The notes under the pieces were generated by a model that had not been told where the DNA came from, did no database searches, and worked only from the letters and a program-made list of their open reading frames with translations. 64,000 bases of DNA from Octopus vulgaris (lineage: Eukaryota), in contig OX597825.1 of NCBI GenBank assembly GCA_951406725.2, positions 85,622,001 to 85,686,000 on the forward strand, read 5' to 3'. Shown here piece by piece: positions 27,910 through 42,575 of this stretch. The position numbers and the translations under genes are program-made. Within the stretch, counting starts at the first letter, position 1. Every line of letters starts with the position of its first letter.

Positions 27910-28737
27910 TGCGGTTTGAATGTACAAGTTTTTAATATCCAAGTGGCTAAAAGTGTCCAGAAAAGGACATCTGGAAACGGCCCAGCCTCTTTCGAGTGTA
28001 AGAAGGTAAAGAACTTCACAGCAGGAGGTTATCAAAGACCCCTTCAATTCTCTTTTCTCTTTTCTTTTTTCTCTTCCTTCTCTTTCCCTTTTCATTATAT
28101 ACCTATCAACATATTTATAAATAAACACATTTTCTCACAAGGGCTGGATGACATTTCAAGATGTCAATTTTAGGAAGTAGGATGGGAAAGAGATGGGGGT
28201 GCGGACATCACTGAAAATAAAAAGAGTTCAAAGCCCTACGAGAATGTGAATTCGTTTACACTTGCATAGTCAAATCCCATATTCTGCGTAATTCCATGTT
28301 TTGCACGAACAAACATTAAATATTAGTAAAACATTCATAAATTAGGAAAATAAAGTCAGGATATAAAAAATAATTCCAGTTGAGTTTTGTTTATAATTTA
28401 ATCTATTTTCTATGTCTATTTAATCAAACATCATAAATGAATTGGGTAATAACACGTATATTGTATATTTAGCTGGAAGCCATCCTGTAGAATATAAATT
28501 ACATAACAAAGCAGAACCTGCTTAAATATATTTTTGAGCATCTTTCATCCTTTCGTAGGATTTATTTTTTCTTTTCGTGCTTGCTTGGATAAGATAATTC
28601 CAAAGAGATATTTCTCACGAATTTACTTTGCCAAGTAGCTACATAAGATATCTTTCCTCATCAATGATAATGTGGATCTAGTCTTCTTTCTCGGGTATAT
28701 GTAAATTCTATAAGAGCAGTTGTCAAAATGCTAATGC

Positions 28738-28816
<79 letters not shown>

Positions 28817-28818
<2 letters not shown>

Positions 28819-29117
28819 AAGCGCAATGGCTCACTGGTTAGAGCAGCGGACTTACCGACGTAGGATCGCGGATCGCGGTTTCGATTCCCAGACATGGCAT
28901 TGTGAGAGTTTATTGAACGAAAACACCTAAAGATCCACGAGGGGTCCCTGCTGTACTCTTTCACCACGACATTCTTCTTGTCTCTGTTTTACCTGTATTT
29001 CAAAGGGACAGCCTTGTCACACCTCTGTGCCACGCTGAATCTCCCCGAGAACAACGTTAAAGGTACACGTGTCTGTGGAGTGCTCAGTCACTTGTACGTC
29101 AATTTCACCAGCAGGCT
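28817..29117 (+). mobile_element. SINE with a distinct tRNA head and the family C tail
   Basis: A box TGGCTCACTGG, B box GTTTCGATTCC, a different body, then ACCTGTATTTCAAAGGGACAGCCTTGTCACA... shared with family C. Confidence 0.8.
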
Positions 29118-29138
29118 TATATGCGTTTAGATATATAA

Positions 29139-29169
<31 letters not shown>

Positions 29170-29173
29170 CGTA

Positions 29174-29258
<85 letters not shown>

Positions 29259-30094
29259 ACACATATATATATATATATATATTCATACATACATACCTGC
29301 ATATACTCATGACTGTTATAGCACGTCACATTTCGAAGAATATGCTTTGACAGACGAAGAACAGGAGATTGCTACAAAATGTCTAATGAAACCAAAGGGA
29401 AAGTGAAGTCTACAAATGGCACCACACAAAATGGTTGAATTTATCACATTTCTGAGTAAGTCACAAGTGCTCAAAAATGTCATCAAGCTATTAGCACCAA
29501 TTGGCGCATAATTTGGTTGCTGAAGGAATATGTGTGTATGCATGTATGTATCTATATATGTATGCATGTATGTGCGTGTATGTATATATATATACATGGG
29601 TACATGTATGCATGTATGGCATGCATATGTGTGTAACTGATGCGGTGTCTTCTTTCCGGTTCGTCTCTATTTCTGTGACTGAGCGGTTTGCCAATTCAAA
29701 CAAACATAGTGCATCTAAAACAACATTATTCAACATGTTTTTCCTGTCAATGGCTCAGTATAATTTTTTTCCAGTCATGCTACGTCACTCATCTACTGGT
29801 GAACTTCCTGTCACATGACTTATGTATACGGTAAACTATATAATTGAATTTGTTTTCTGTCGTTATAAATATTAAATATATTCATTTCTGCGAAATATTT
29901 TCTTCGGCTCTTTGAAATTAATTACATCTGAATACTAATTAGCTTATGTCTGCGACAATGCTAATTAATAATACTAATTATTTAATCAGTTTGAAGCTAA
30001 TTATAACACATTCTGTAAAGTCTAGATTTGGAGAACGAGTCAACATGGTCGTTGTAATGTTGCTATTGTTGTGTAACCATTGGTCAGTGTTGAC

Positions 30095-30282
30095 CAGCGG
30101 TTCTCAACTGTGGCTCCTCGGAGCACTCAAACACTTCCTGCAGCCCTCAACGGTCTTCTCTCTATAAATATAATCATTTTTCATTAATCGACTTGCGTTT
30201 TAATTCTTGTGGAGCAGGCCCCTAAAAACAAATCTAGGTTTTGGGTCTGGCCCCCGGATATTCAAAAGTTTGAGAACCACTG
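30095..30282. mobile_element. hAT (Charlie-like) MITE nested in repeat family D
   Basis: TIRs CAGCGGTTCTCAA and TTGAGAACCACTG. Degenerate 8-bp TSD GTGTTGAC/GTCGAGAC. Confidence 0.8.
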
Positions 30283-31027
30283 GTCGAGACCGAACCTACC
30301 TATTATCAAAGACACTCTAATCAGGGCAAGCTAGTCTTTTTAGAAGGGTCTCCAAAAATCTTATGTTTCCTTTTCAAACGAAAGTATGAGGTGATTTGAG
30401 GAGGAATTAGCCGCTATTTCTAACAAGTGATGTGATTGTATAGAAACACTCACCTTGACTCAAGCATGTTATAACCTTATTGCTTCCTGACAATTTTAGA
30501 ATTATAATCAAAAGAATATTATTTTTGCAGCAAGATTTCGCGATGTCAAACACTTCAACATATAATAATGAAATATTCCGAAATATTAAGTAACATGTTA
30601 CGACTTATTTAGTACATCTCTCTGTCCATCCACCTACCTACACATCTATATCTATCTGTCTACATAGCGATCAGTCGAGTAATCTGTCTATCAATCTATC
30701 TATTATACAGCTAACCGTATGTCTATTTAATTCAAGAATAAATTTTATTTATGTGATGAGTTAAAAAGTACAGATTTGGATCTGCGAGACTAAGTCATAC
30801 GTATTCCTACAAAGATTTAACCTTCACAAACAACGTGTTTTTTTATTTTTTTGTACCTTAATTACGTACCTGTAAACATATACAAGCGCGTGTGTGTATG
30901 TGTGAATCTCTCATCTCATTCTTTCCCTCTGTTTATGTGTGTGCGTGTGAATATGCGTGTACACGTGTGTGTACGTGCGTGTGTGCATGTTCACATAGAT
31001 AAAGACCGATCGATCGATCGTTCGATC

Positions 31028-31059
<32 letters not shown>

Positions 31060-31074
31060 CACAAATACATGCAT

Positions 31075-32204
31075 ACACACATACATACATACATACATAC
31101 ATACATACATACATACATACATACATGCATACATACATACATGCATACATACATACATACATACATACATACATACATACATACATACATACATACATAC
31201 ATACATACATGCATACATACATACATACATACATACATACATACATACATACATACATACATACATACATACATACATGCATACATACATACATACATAC
31301 ATACATACATACATACATACATACATACATACATACATACATACATACATACATACATACATACATACATACATACATACATACATACATACATACATAC
31401 ATACATACATACATACATACATACATACATACATACATACATACATACATACATACATACATACATACATACATACATACATACATACATACATACATAC
31501 ATACATACATACATACATACATACATACATACATACATACATACATACATACATACATACATACATACATACATACATACATACATACATACATACATAC
31601 ATACATACATACATACATACATACATACATACATACATACATACATACATACATACATACATACATACATACATACATACATACATACATACATACATAC
31701 ATACATACATACATACATACATACATACATACATACATACATACATACATACATACATACATACATACATACATACATACATACATACATACATACATGC
31801 ATACATACATACATGCATACATACATACATACATACATACATACATACATACATACATACATACATACATACATACATACATACATACATACATACATAC
31901 ATACATACATACATACATACATACATACATACATACATACATACATACATACATACATACATACATACATACATACATACATACATACATACATACATAC
32001 ATACATACATACATACATACATACATACATACATACATACATACATACATACATACATACATACATACATACATACATACATACATACATACATACATAC
32101 ATACATACATACATACATACATACATACATACATACATACATACATACATACATACATACATACATACATACATACATACATACATACATACATACATAC
32201 ATAC

Positions 32205-32235
<31 letters not shown>

Positions 32236-32265
32236 CATACATACATACATACATACATACATACA

Positions 32266-32293
<28 letters not shown>
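31075..32293. repeat. ~1.2-kb (ACAT)n microsatellite
   Basis: Almost pure tetranucleotide array. Explains the six 340-479 aa ORFs. Confidence 0.99.
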
Positions 32294-32296
<3 letters not shown>

Positions 32297-32618
32297 TGAT
32301 AGCAGAGACGTGCGACAACTGTAGTTTGGCGTTTGCATCGCAGCAGACAATAGGTGGCGTGACAGTCAGTAGACCTGTGTGTGATATGTCAGAGGAGCAA
32401 AGGAATCTTTTGAATGATGTAAACTTTTGGAGAAACCATTCCTTCAACAATCTCTCTTTGCAGTGGTTTATATATGTGTATATAAGCACCTGACGCGTGT
32501 ATCATTGAGTATGTATATCTATGTATAATGCTTATATGAATACACACATATGCACATAAATATAAGTATATAAATGTGTGTGCGTGTGTCTTTGTATAAA
32601 CAAACCTATACAAATATA

Positions 32619-32703
<85 letters not shown>

Positions 32704-32913
32704 ATATGTATGTAGATATGAGGTGTTGTGTGTGTATGTGTGTACGAATGCATGTATGTACGCATGTATGCATATATGTAATGTATTTATGCATGTATAA
32801 ATGCATATATATATATGTATGTATGCATGTATGCATGTATGTATGCATGCATGTATGCATGTATGTATGCATGCATGTATGCATGTATGTATGCATGTAT
32901 GTATTTATGCATG

Positions 32914-32944
<31 letters not shown>

Positions 32945-33245
32945 ATGTATATATGTATGTGTCTATATATGCAAGTATGTATGTATGTATATAGGTATGT
33001 ATGCATGTAAGCATGCATGTGTGTATTTATGTATCTATCTGTGTGTGCATGCATGGATGGATGGATGGATGGATGGATGGATGGATGCATATGAAAGGTG
33101 AGATAAAAAAGATAAAAAAACAAAGAAATAACTACGAATCCTAAACAATTCAATACTTTATCAAAAGACTTCAGATCGTACACGAAGATAAAAACATACA
33201 GAACTAGCATTACAGATAATAATAATAATAATAATGATAATAATG

Positions 33246-33320
<75 letters not shown>

Positions 33321-33726
33321 GATATCAATAAAGCATGATATCACACTATCCTCTCACCATGTTCGTATCCTCATACGATATAACATGATGTCTCTGATAC
33401 AACACGATATCGCTCAAAGACAAAACGACTGCAACGCGCCACCAGTTGAATATACTTATTGGTATTTGAAGAATTACAGTTGGCAGCGTATTGAAGACAT
33501 AACCGAGTTCTTCTTTGGGGAATCTTTGGCAGATCACCTTGCGTAATGTCTCAATGCTTCAGTAGAACTTCTGCGATCAACGCCACATAAAAGATTTCGT
33601 GTTCTCATTCAGCCAATACCAGTATGGCGTATGAATGCATGTGTGTATGTATGTGTGTGAGCGTGTGTGTGTGTATATGCGTGAGTACAAGAAGCATTTA
33701 TAAGGAAAGGCTACACACACACATAC

Positions 33727-33765
<39 letters not shown>

Positions 33766-34066
33766 TGTATATATAAGTATGTGTGGGTGTGTGTGCGTGA
33801 GTGTATGTATGTAGCACTCCTCCAAAATAATTAAAATATTGATTTCTTCACCTTTTCTCCACTAACGTATCAACTCGCTTGTGATCGGTACATTCGACAT
33901 TTACGAAATTATAAACATAAATATGCGTGTGTGTGGTGTATATGTGCATATATATACATATATATATATATGTGTGTGTGTGTGTGAGTGTGTGCGTAAG
34001 TGTGTGTGTATACGTGTATTTATTTATATATACGTACATATACGTTTATATACGTATATTTATATA

Positions 34067-34109
<43 letters not shown>

Positions 34110-34112
<3 letters not shown>

Positions 34113-35064
34113 TTGGAGGAAATGTTTCCTAACATGTTGTGTTTGAGGGAATCCGATCAAGGACAGCCAAAATCAGTAGTGGTGTTGTACCACAAAGTAC
34201 TCTGTTGGGCCCACTCCTCTTCATTATCTACATCAAACGTCATCAAACATTCTACATTGAAAATCTTTAAAATCTTTGCAGATAATTCCAAACTTCAGAA
34301 GGCCATACACGGAATGGGAGACCGAACATGCCTTTAGTCGGATCTGTTTGTTGTTGTCCAATGGGCGGAAGAGAACAATATGATCTTGAATGAAGTTTAA
34401 TTTGATCCACTTTGTAGAGACCTTGGAGTAATTGTTGATAACAATTTAAGCTGGAGTGACCACGTAAACAGCAAGGTCGTCTTGGCCGTTAAGATGTGCT
34501 CCTTGATTCTGAGAACTTTCAATTCTAGAGACGCCCACACCATCATCCTTCTCTACTCTACTTTTGCTCGACCCCACCTTGAATACTGTTGACCAGTGTC
34601 CCCCCCCCCCCGCCCCATACGAAGTAACTCATTATGAAAGTGGAAGCACTCCAGAGGTCAATAACAAGAAAGATAGACGGCATGACAGGCATTGACTATT
34701 GGGATCGACTGGAAAATATCAATCTCTATTCTCTCCAACGCCGCTGGGAGCGCTACATCATTTGTGTGATGTGGAAAATATTCCATCAATATTGCACAAA
34801 TGATGTTAGCAACATTTTTAAAATCCACCCAAGACTTGGACCCCGAGCTATCCACCCACTACAAAAATCAAACTCGGTACATATAGAAACGTTACATCAC
34901 AATTACTTTACCTCAACCGCTCCAGCTGTCTTTAGTACCATACCAAAATATGTCAAAACGGAAACGGATCCCATAAAATTCAAAAGTTCACTGGACAAAT
35001 TTCTTCAAAAAATGCCGGACCAACCTCCTGCACCCGGGTATGTCTCCAACAATAACAACTCATT
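34110..35064 (+). mobile_element. 5'-truncated, frameshifted CR1/L2-type LINE (RT C-terminal part)
   Basis: Across frames it reads SGVVPQSTLLGPLLFIIYI, IFADNSKL, DLGVIVDNNLSWSDHV, LYSTFARPHLEYC, KVEALQRSITRKIDGM..YWDRLENINLYSLQRRWER and FKSSLDKFL. These are typical CR1-clade RT motifs, with stops and frameshifts. Confidence 0.9.
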
Positions 35065-35127
35065 GGGGTCGATGTAATCTACTTACCCCTCCCCAGAACT
35101 TGCTAGCCTTGTGCCAAACTTTGAAAC

Positions 35128-35177
<50 letters not shown>

Positions 35178-35178
35178 T
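35064..35178 (+). mobile_element. SINE family A 3' fragment with (AGT)n, abutting the CR1 fragment
   Basis: GGGGTCGATGTAATC..CCCCTCCCC..GCCTTGTGCCAAA matches the family A tail. Confidence 0.7.
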
Positions 35179-35818
35179 CATAACTGCTGGTAATACTGCT
35201 GCTACTGCTGCTGCTGTCGTACCGTTGCTGTCATTCTAAAAGTCACTATAACAGAGAGAAAGAGAAAGAGTGATAGAAATAGAGGAATGTTAAATCGAGA
35301 GAGAAATAGAGAGTTGGGAGAGCAAGTGCGAGGAGAGAACAGAATAAGTAAGAGAGGGAGAGCTGGTGTGAAACAGAATGAGAGAGAAAGAGAGGGAGGG
35401 GAGAAAGAAGGAGTTGAGTGGAGAGAAAGAGAGGAAGTAAATGGGAGTGAAGAAGACAAGAAAAAAAAAACTAGATAAATGCAAAGAGATGAGGTTAGAA
35501 AAAAATCTAATATGAATTGTCTTTTGTGTAGAAGAGTCGGTATGTAAATATGGACGTGATTAGCTGTTTATTGGAAAGCTAAACAAAACACAAACATATA
35601 CACACAGATATACATACATACACATACACACACACAATATATATATATATATATATATACATACATACGCTCACATATTAGCGCAGAGAAACATACACTC
35701 AGAGCACAGAGAAGCTGAAAAAAATGACATAAGCCGCCATTTCAATGTTCATTGTTGTAAAGAATATATATATATTTATATATACACGCACATACAAACA
35801 TACATACATACATGCATG

Positions 35819-35883
<65 letters not shown>

Positions 35884-36237
35884 GTATGAATGTGTGTGTG
35901 TGATGTGTGAAGTACAGAGACGAGCGTTGTACAATGGAAGATAATGGGAGAGAGGTTTAATGGAGTCAACAACAATAACGAAGATGGCGTCGACAAAAGC
36001 AGAGATGGCGACGGCAATAACAATTGCTGTTACCAATAACATTACGACTACAACTGCAACAACAACAACAACTACTAGTACTACTACTATTACTACTACT
36101 ACTACTACTAAGAGTCGTTGTAGTAATAATAACAATAAGAAGAAGAATGCATTTCTATATTAACCGCTACGGGTTGACATGACGATTCACTACTAACACT
36201 ATTTCAGTTACTACTACTGCTACTACTACAACTACTA

Positions 36238-36334
<97 letters not shown>

Positions 36335-36897
36335 TAGTAACAACAACAATAAGAAGAAGAAGAATACTTCTGCTTCTGGTTTTATTGTTGGTCAATAACA
36401 ACAACAACCACACAAAGCAGAAAACCAATAAAACATTAAGTAGAAAGTCACAAAACCCACAGTTTTCAGTATGTTGTTGTTGTCGTTGTTGTTGTTGTTG
36501 GTGGTGGTGGCGGTGGTGGTGGTGGTCAATTGTTGACATTTAACATGGAGTTTGGTGTTGTGGTATTTATTGATATAGACACTGCGAGGGTGGAGGGAGA
36601 GAGGGTAAAGAAAAGAAAGAAAGAAAGAGAGAGCGGATGGGACGTAAGACATGGAGGGTGATTGATCGACAAAGAGGAATAGAAGTGGGACGGGGGGTGG
36701 CGTAATATGGGGTGGGAGTAGATATAAGCACTCGCAGAAAGAAGGAGGGTTTGGTTTGATTTTTGATATACTTTTGAAATGGAACTGATAGTTAAGTCTA
36801 TAGAATCGTATGTGCAGACCTGCATACACTGATACCCGAATACACAAATACACATAAATACACGCGCCGACACTAAATCAAATACACAGACACAGAC

Positions 36898-36934
<37 letters not shown>

Positions 36935-37583
36935 AGCACATACATATATGCCTATGTACAACCTTACACCCAGGCGATCGAAAGTACACGCATATACATA
37001 CTTATACGTATATAAAAACACACAAGCATATAAGACGACAACACTACACAAACACAATCGCTGGTCAATAGGGGAGCAAGTGCATTCTACGTGATTTCTG
37101 GAACTGCTAGAAATAGAAGCTGAATGTTCCTCAAATCACACTCTTTCCTCCGATGAAAAGACACTTTAGCTAATTCACTTTTAAAATGGATGACTAAGTC
37201 TAGGATGGCTTTTAATATGGGTTTGTCTGATCAGGGCTGACCTGGGCTTAAACAACGACATCAACAGCATCAGTATTCACTACCCCATCCTCATCCCCGC
37301 CATCATTCGTACTCACTTTCGACTCCCAACTCTTGATAGAGTCGTAGGGTGCCACACGGTGCCACACAGTGTGCTTCAGGCATCATTAAACCTGGCGAAA
37401 TCCACCAGTCGAACACTAGGTTTGATCACAACCGTTTCTTTTTTCCAGATTACAAGAGAACTAACCCCAGTTGAGCACTGGTACTATATTTACATTGGAA
37501 GGTGGAAATGAACAGGTGAATTCAAAGGAATTTGAACTCAGCGAGCCTGAAATATTGGAATTGGTTTTTGTTCACATTTTTTC

Positions 37584-37907
37584 TGGCACTCCGTCGGTTA
37601 CGACGATGAGGGTTCCAGTTGATCTGATCAACGGAACAGACAGCTCGTGGAATTAACGCACATGTGGCTGAGCACGCCACAGACACACGTACTCTTAACG
37701 TAGTTCTCAAGGTGAGTCAGCATCACACAGGGTGTGACAAGGCCAGCCCTTTGAAATATAGGTACTACTCATTTTTGCCAGCTCAGTGGATTAGAGCAAC
37801 GTGAACTAACGTGCCTTTCTCGGGGACACAACGTGCTCGCAGGGATCGAACTCACGACCTTAGGATCGAGAGCTGACTACCCTAACCACTAAGCTACTCG
37901 CCTTCAC
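37584..37907 (-). mobile_element. SINE family C, full length
   Basis: Head GTGAAGGCG..GCTTAGTGGTTAGGG, B box, body and tail on the minus strand. Confidence 0.9.
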
Positions 37908-38437
37908 ATGATCAGAGACGGATTGGTTGAAGCTCAAAACAAGCCGAATGTCTCATACAACACCCCTACTTCTGTATCAAGCGTTGAGAACTCAAGACAA
38001 TAACGACTCTACAATATTCTTGTTATCTCCGTTTCTATATTATATTCAGCCAAAATGGCGGTTTTTATTAAGGGACGGATAAAGTTAGTACAGTGGCAGA
38101 ATCGGTGGAGCGTTCGACAAACTGCCTTACGATCTTTGTTCAGATTCTTTACGTTCACATTTCAACTTTGATGAAATATAATATCAATGAAATAAAGATC
38201 GATATAATCGATCGAATACGTTCCGCCATTGCCCTGAATTTCTGATCCTGTGCATCTAAGAAACGATTATTTAGGGCATAGCTGACAATATGGCGGAACG
38301 TTCGATGATTATAACTCGATGTCTGCAGCGGTTGACACGGTTTATAAGCTCTGGTTGTCAATGTTATATCTTTGCATGTTGTTAAGTTGGACCAGTCTGT
38401 GTATCTTATCAAATAATGTATAAAAGTCCGAGTATAT

Positions 38438-38656
38438 TCTTTTCTACTCTAGGCACAAGGCCCGAAATTTTGGGGGAAGGGGCCAGTCGATTAGATTGAC
38501 TCCAGTACGTACGCAACTGGTACTTAATTTGTCGAGCCCGAAACTTTAAAAGGCAAAGTCAACCTCGATGGATTTTGAGCTCAGAACGTAGCGACAGACG
38601 AAATACTGCTATGCATTTCGCCCGGCGTGCTAACGTTTCTGCCAGCTCACCGCCTT
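38438..38656 (-). mobile_element. SINE family A, full length, with 15-bp target-site duplication
   Basis: Reverse complement of family A. Flanks AAAGTCCGAGTATAT (38423-38437) and AAACTCCGAGTATAT (38657-38671). Confidence 0.92.
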
Positions 38657-40305
38657 AAACTCCGAGTATATCAGCAGCACTCACTTTTATTTAGAGTATC
38701 TGCTACCATTTATTTATTTATTTATTCATTTATTTATTTTTGTGGAAACATGGCAGATTAAATATAAAATCATTGGCAAACCTCAGCTGCAAAGTTAAGA
38801 AAAAATACTTTTAAAAATTTGACAAAAATAAATAAAATTCTATTCGCTACGTTGTTTTTTTAATAATAATTTTGTTAAAAAAATACACATAACACGTTTT
38901 TTTTAAGACAGTGAAGCGTTATTATGGAAATGTCACAGCCTTAAATTATATTTTCAAAAATTGGTGGAGCACCGGTGCGTCGAGACGGAACCCCGTAGCT
39001 AGAATCTGTTTGAAAATTCTGCATTCTCTATTTCAATGTATTTTAATATGGCAAAATTAAAACAAAATGTCCCCTGCCACCGTCACGTGATTTCGATGGG
39101 TCAGTCTCTCTCTATAAACCATTTGGCCATTAACAATGGTGGACTGAACACCGACTTCATGGTGAACGACTGTTTGTAGAATTACCAAATATGGTACGGC
39201 ATTTTCTCCGAAGATCAACCTATTCTACGACTGACTTCCTTGCTTCATTGAAAAATGTTCTCTAAAATTAACACAAATTTGGGTAGAACAGAAAATGGAT
39301 ACAGTGGAAGAGATGGACTCAAGTATAGCACTGGTACTTTATTAATCGACCCACATTAGATGAAAGCTATAACATTAAACTCGTCGAAATTTAAACTCAA
39401 AATGTAATTAAATACACGACGAATTCTATCTTATGCTTTATCGATATCGCAACTTAGCATTCTCGGTACATAAAATAATAGCAATATATTTTCTATTACC
39501 GAAAAAATAATAAAACCTTGAATCACTACTCGCAGACATATTCCAAGTCTTCTTCGAGGAAATCAAACAAATTTAGAACCACAAAAGTTAAAACTGAAAA
39601 TACATGGCATCATTGTATTCGTTTTGGTAGTTGAAAGTTACACGATCCAACCGAAGAGTCCGATGTGGTCCGAAGACTGGCTAGAAATAACAGTTAAATC
39701 TCCCTGAAATACTACGGTCTTAAGTAAAGCTGGACACATCAGGCAATGCATTCTATTAAATACAAAAATACGGAATGGTTTCTGCTGAAACGAGTTTCAT
39801 ATGTGCGTTTGATTAAACATAATAACAACAACAACAGCAGCAAGAAATGGCAGTTTAAAGTTATATTTATAATATTTAATCTGTGGAATAAATGGTTAAC
39901 TGACGATAGAAAGTTCTATTTTCTTTTCTTTAAACTTTAAACATTGCAAGAGAGAGGTTTAGGCATATTTATGCATATCACGCACAAATGCAATAAACAG
40001 CGTTAATTGCCTGCCTGGAAGTGATCACAAGTTAACAACCCAATAGATTTTAGTAGAGAGTGAAAAAGAGACAGACTGACAGACAGGCAGACAGAATGTG
40101 TGGTGATGGTGGAGGGAGGGGAGAAAGAGAGCAGAGGGAAAACGAGTGTCACATTGACATATCAAAACAACCTCTTCAAATATTGGTTTCTTTTTCACAA
40201 GGGAAAGAAATAAATATTTTGGATGCCGCAATCCTTTACCGCCACACAGATAACTTCTAATCTCTTTGGACTCTTCCATCTACCTCAATTTGCACCACCC
40301 CCTCT

Positions 40306-40340
<35 letters not shown>

Positions 40341-40391
40341 TTAGATAGACAGAGAGAGAGGGAGAGAGCTGGACGAATGGATGGATAGACC

Positions 40392-40449
<58 letters not shown>

Positions 40450-41574
40450 CCTATAATAACTGGTAATTCTCCCTAACTCTGCTAATTACTATCCGATCTA
40501 TAGGAGACCCACACCACCCCTAAGCCGCGTACCTACAGACTCGCGCCCACGTGAAATTTAGTGAAAATAGCGTTCTTGCTGTCACATCAGAAACGCTATC
40601 GAGTATGGCTGTGATGCGAACCGCCAGACAAATGTTGGAACCACGTGGGTTCCTTCTAGGCGTTTCAAAAGGACATTAAAGTTGCTAGTTTAAACCGTCC
40701 ATGGCGGTCATCCAAAACTCATAGAAACTAGTATTAAACGATGTGGTTGGCATAGGTCTTCGGGATCAGGACTGACCATGGGTTGTACAATAACAACAAA
40801 ACTTCAGCCTCGTTGTGAAATGCCTGTTGGATCAAACCTGAGAGAATTACACAACAATAACACTGTACGACAACAACAACAACAACAACAACAACAACGG
40901 CAACAACAGCAAATGCATGTTAAGGATCAAATGCAACCCTCTCCCCTTTGTTAAGACTGGATAATAAAGCAACGAGATTCTGAATTAGATGTAAAAGCCA
41001 CCCGGACCGGTTTTCAGACACCCCGAGCATCCTATCATCCTGACATGAATGGTCCTCAGAATCAATAGTAGAGTGTTAGATTAATTAAGTTCTTTCACTA
41101 TTAATTTTATGGTGTTTATTAAAACATAGATCTCTGTTATTGATGTATAGATGTTAGGTTTCAAATTTTCATTTACCTGCCTATCGTGTCACGTTAATTA
41201 GGATTCTATAGTGCTGTTGGTTGGTTCAAACAAGTTTCTCTACTCTGGTACGCCGACTAACGATATATTCTTATAATTATTTAATTCTCTAGTCTTTTGA
41301 AGTAGTTACCACGCGAGGTTACGGTGTGGATTTGAACCTAGATTTACAATTCGCCTACTACGCAGTTACTGTAGTTGTTCAGCTCACTGTATGTAATATA
41401 GTGAGATGAACAACTTCTATCAACTCCGAGTAAACAAGATGTTAGTTGAGAACGCCTCTTCATAAAGCTTATTTCAAATATGAAAACAAGGTGTTTAACT
41501 ATAGCAAAGTATTTTAGAATTTTTTTTCTTATACAATTCCTAAAAATAACAATATAATTTTTTATCATCGAATA

Positions 41575-41648
41575 TCGATGAGGGTCCAGTTGAGTAAAAC
41601 AGGAATCACTAGGGTCCGTAGACAAAACAAATGGTTGAGAAACACTGC
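41575..41648. mobile_element. hAT MITE right-end remnant
   Basis: GGGTCC repeats and terminal GGTTGAGAAACACTG. Confidence 0.5.
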
Positions 41649-42399
41649 TTTAAGGGGTTATCTTATCCACGCAGCCCTTCTCCGGTAATTAATCGACAGA
41701 AAACATTCAGCAAGGCATTTTCAAGAAGACTTCACTCATGTTGAGTTCGCTGTCATTTCACTTTACTCCTCAACACCAAAAGCAGAAAATTACTTATTTC
41801 GCACCCTCCTCCCACCACCACCACCACTATTATTGATTCCATTGTGAACCATCCCCCCCTGCAACCCCACCCCTCCACCGTATACAACACTCACAAATAT
41901 ATTTTATGTATCATACTGACTAATGATATTTCTGTAACAGAAAAACAAATAACGTTCATTATTTGAAATTAATAATATTTTTTTCTCCAAATATATTTGT
42001 CTGTGTTTTATGGTTTGTCAGCTGTGTGTCACATAAATATTTTATTAGACAAAGTTTCACTTGAAAATTACCTTCTTTCTCCGAATTACGTTTCTCAACG
42101 AAATTGTATTATACATCGGATTTGCATTTATGAATGTGTGTATTTCTGCATATGGAAGTATATGTGTGCATATGTATGCTGGTGTGTGTGTGTGTGTGTG
42201 TGAGTGTAAATGCGTGTGTGTGTGTGAGTGTAAATGTTTATGTGTCTCTATATGTCTCTATGTATGTGGGTGTGCTATGAATGTAGTTTATTCCTAAAGA
42301 ATTTCAAGATGCGTATATATGAGCATATATGAATATGTGTATTAATGAACACATGCATAGAAATGTATGTTCTCTCTCTGTCTTTTATATTTCGCTCTC

Positions 42400-42575
42400 T
42401 CTCTCCGTTTTTCCTCTCTATTTTCTTTCCTAATTCCTCTCTGTGGAAGTGCCTAAGCTCGAAACGTCAAGTACTCTTCCATTTTTCCTGAGCGTCAAAC
42501 TAATGCACCTCGTTTGTCCTTCCAGCACCTGTCTCTGTCTTTTTCGTGTGTATTTTTGTACAACGTTCAAACTAT
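42400..42575 (+). mobile_element. Repeat family E
   Basis: CTGTGGAAGTGCCTAAGCTCGAAACGTC at 42441-42468. Downstream GAGCGTCAAACTAATGCACC is shared with the other copies. Confidence 0.7.

Noticed and set aside
29322-29461. Exon-like segment bounded by TATAG and GTAAGT
   Set aside because: Stops in all three frames and no recognisable homology.
30911-32493. Six long ORFs of 340-479 aa
   Set aside because: Translations of the stop-free (ACAT)n array.
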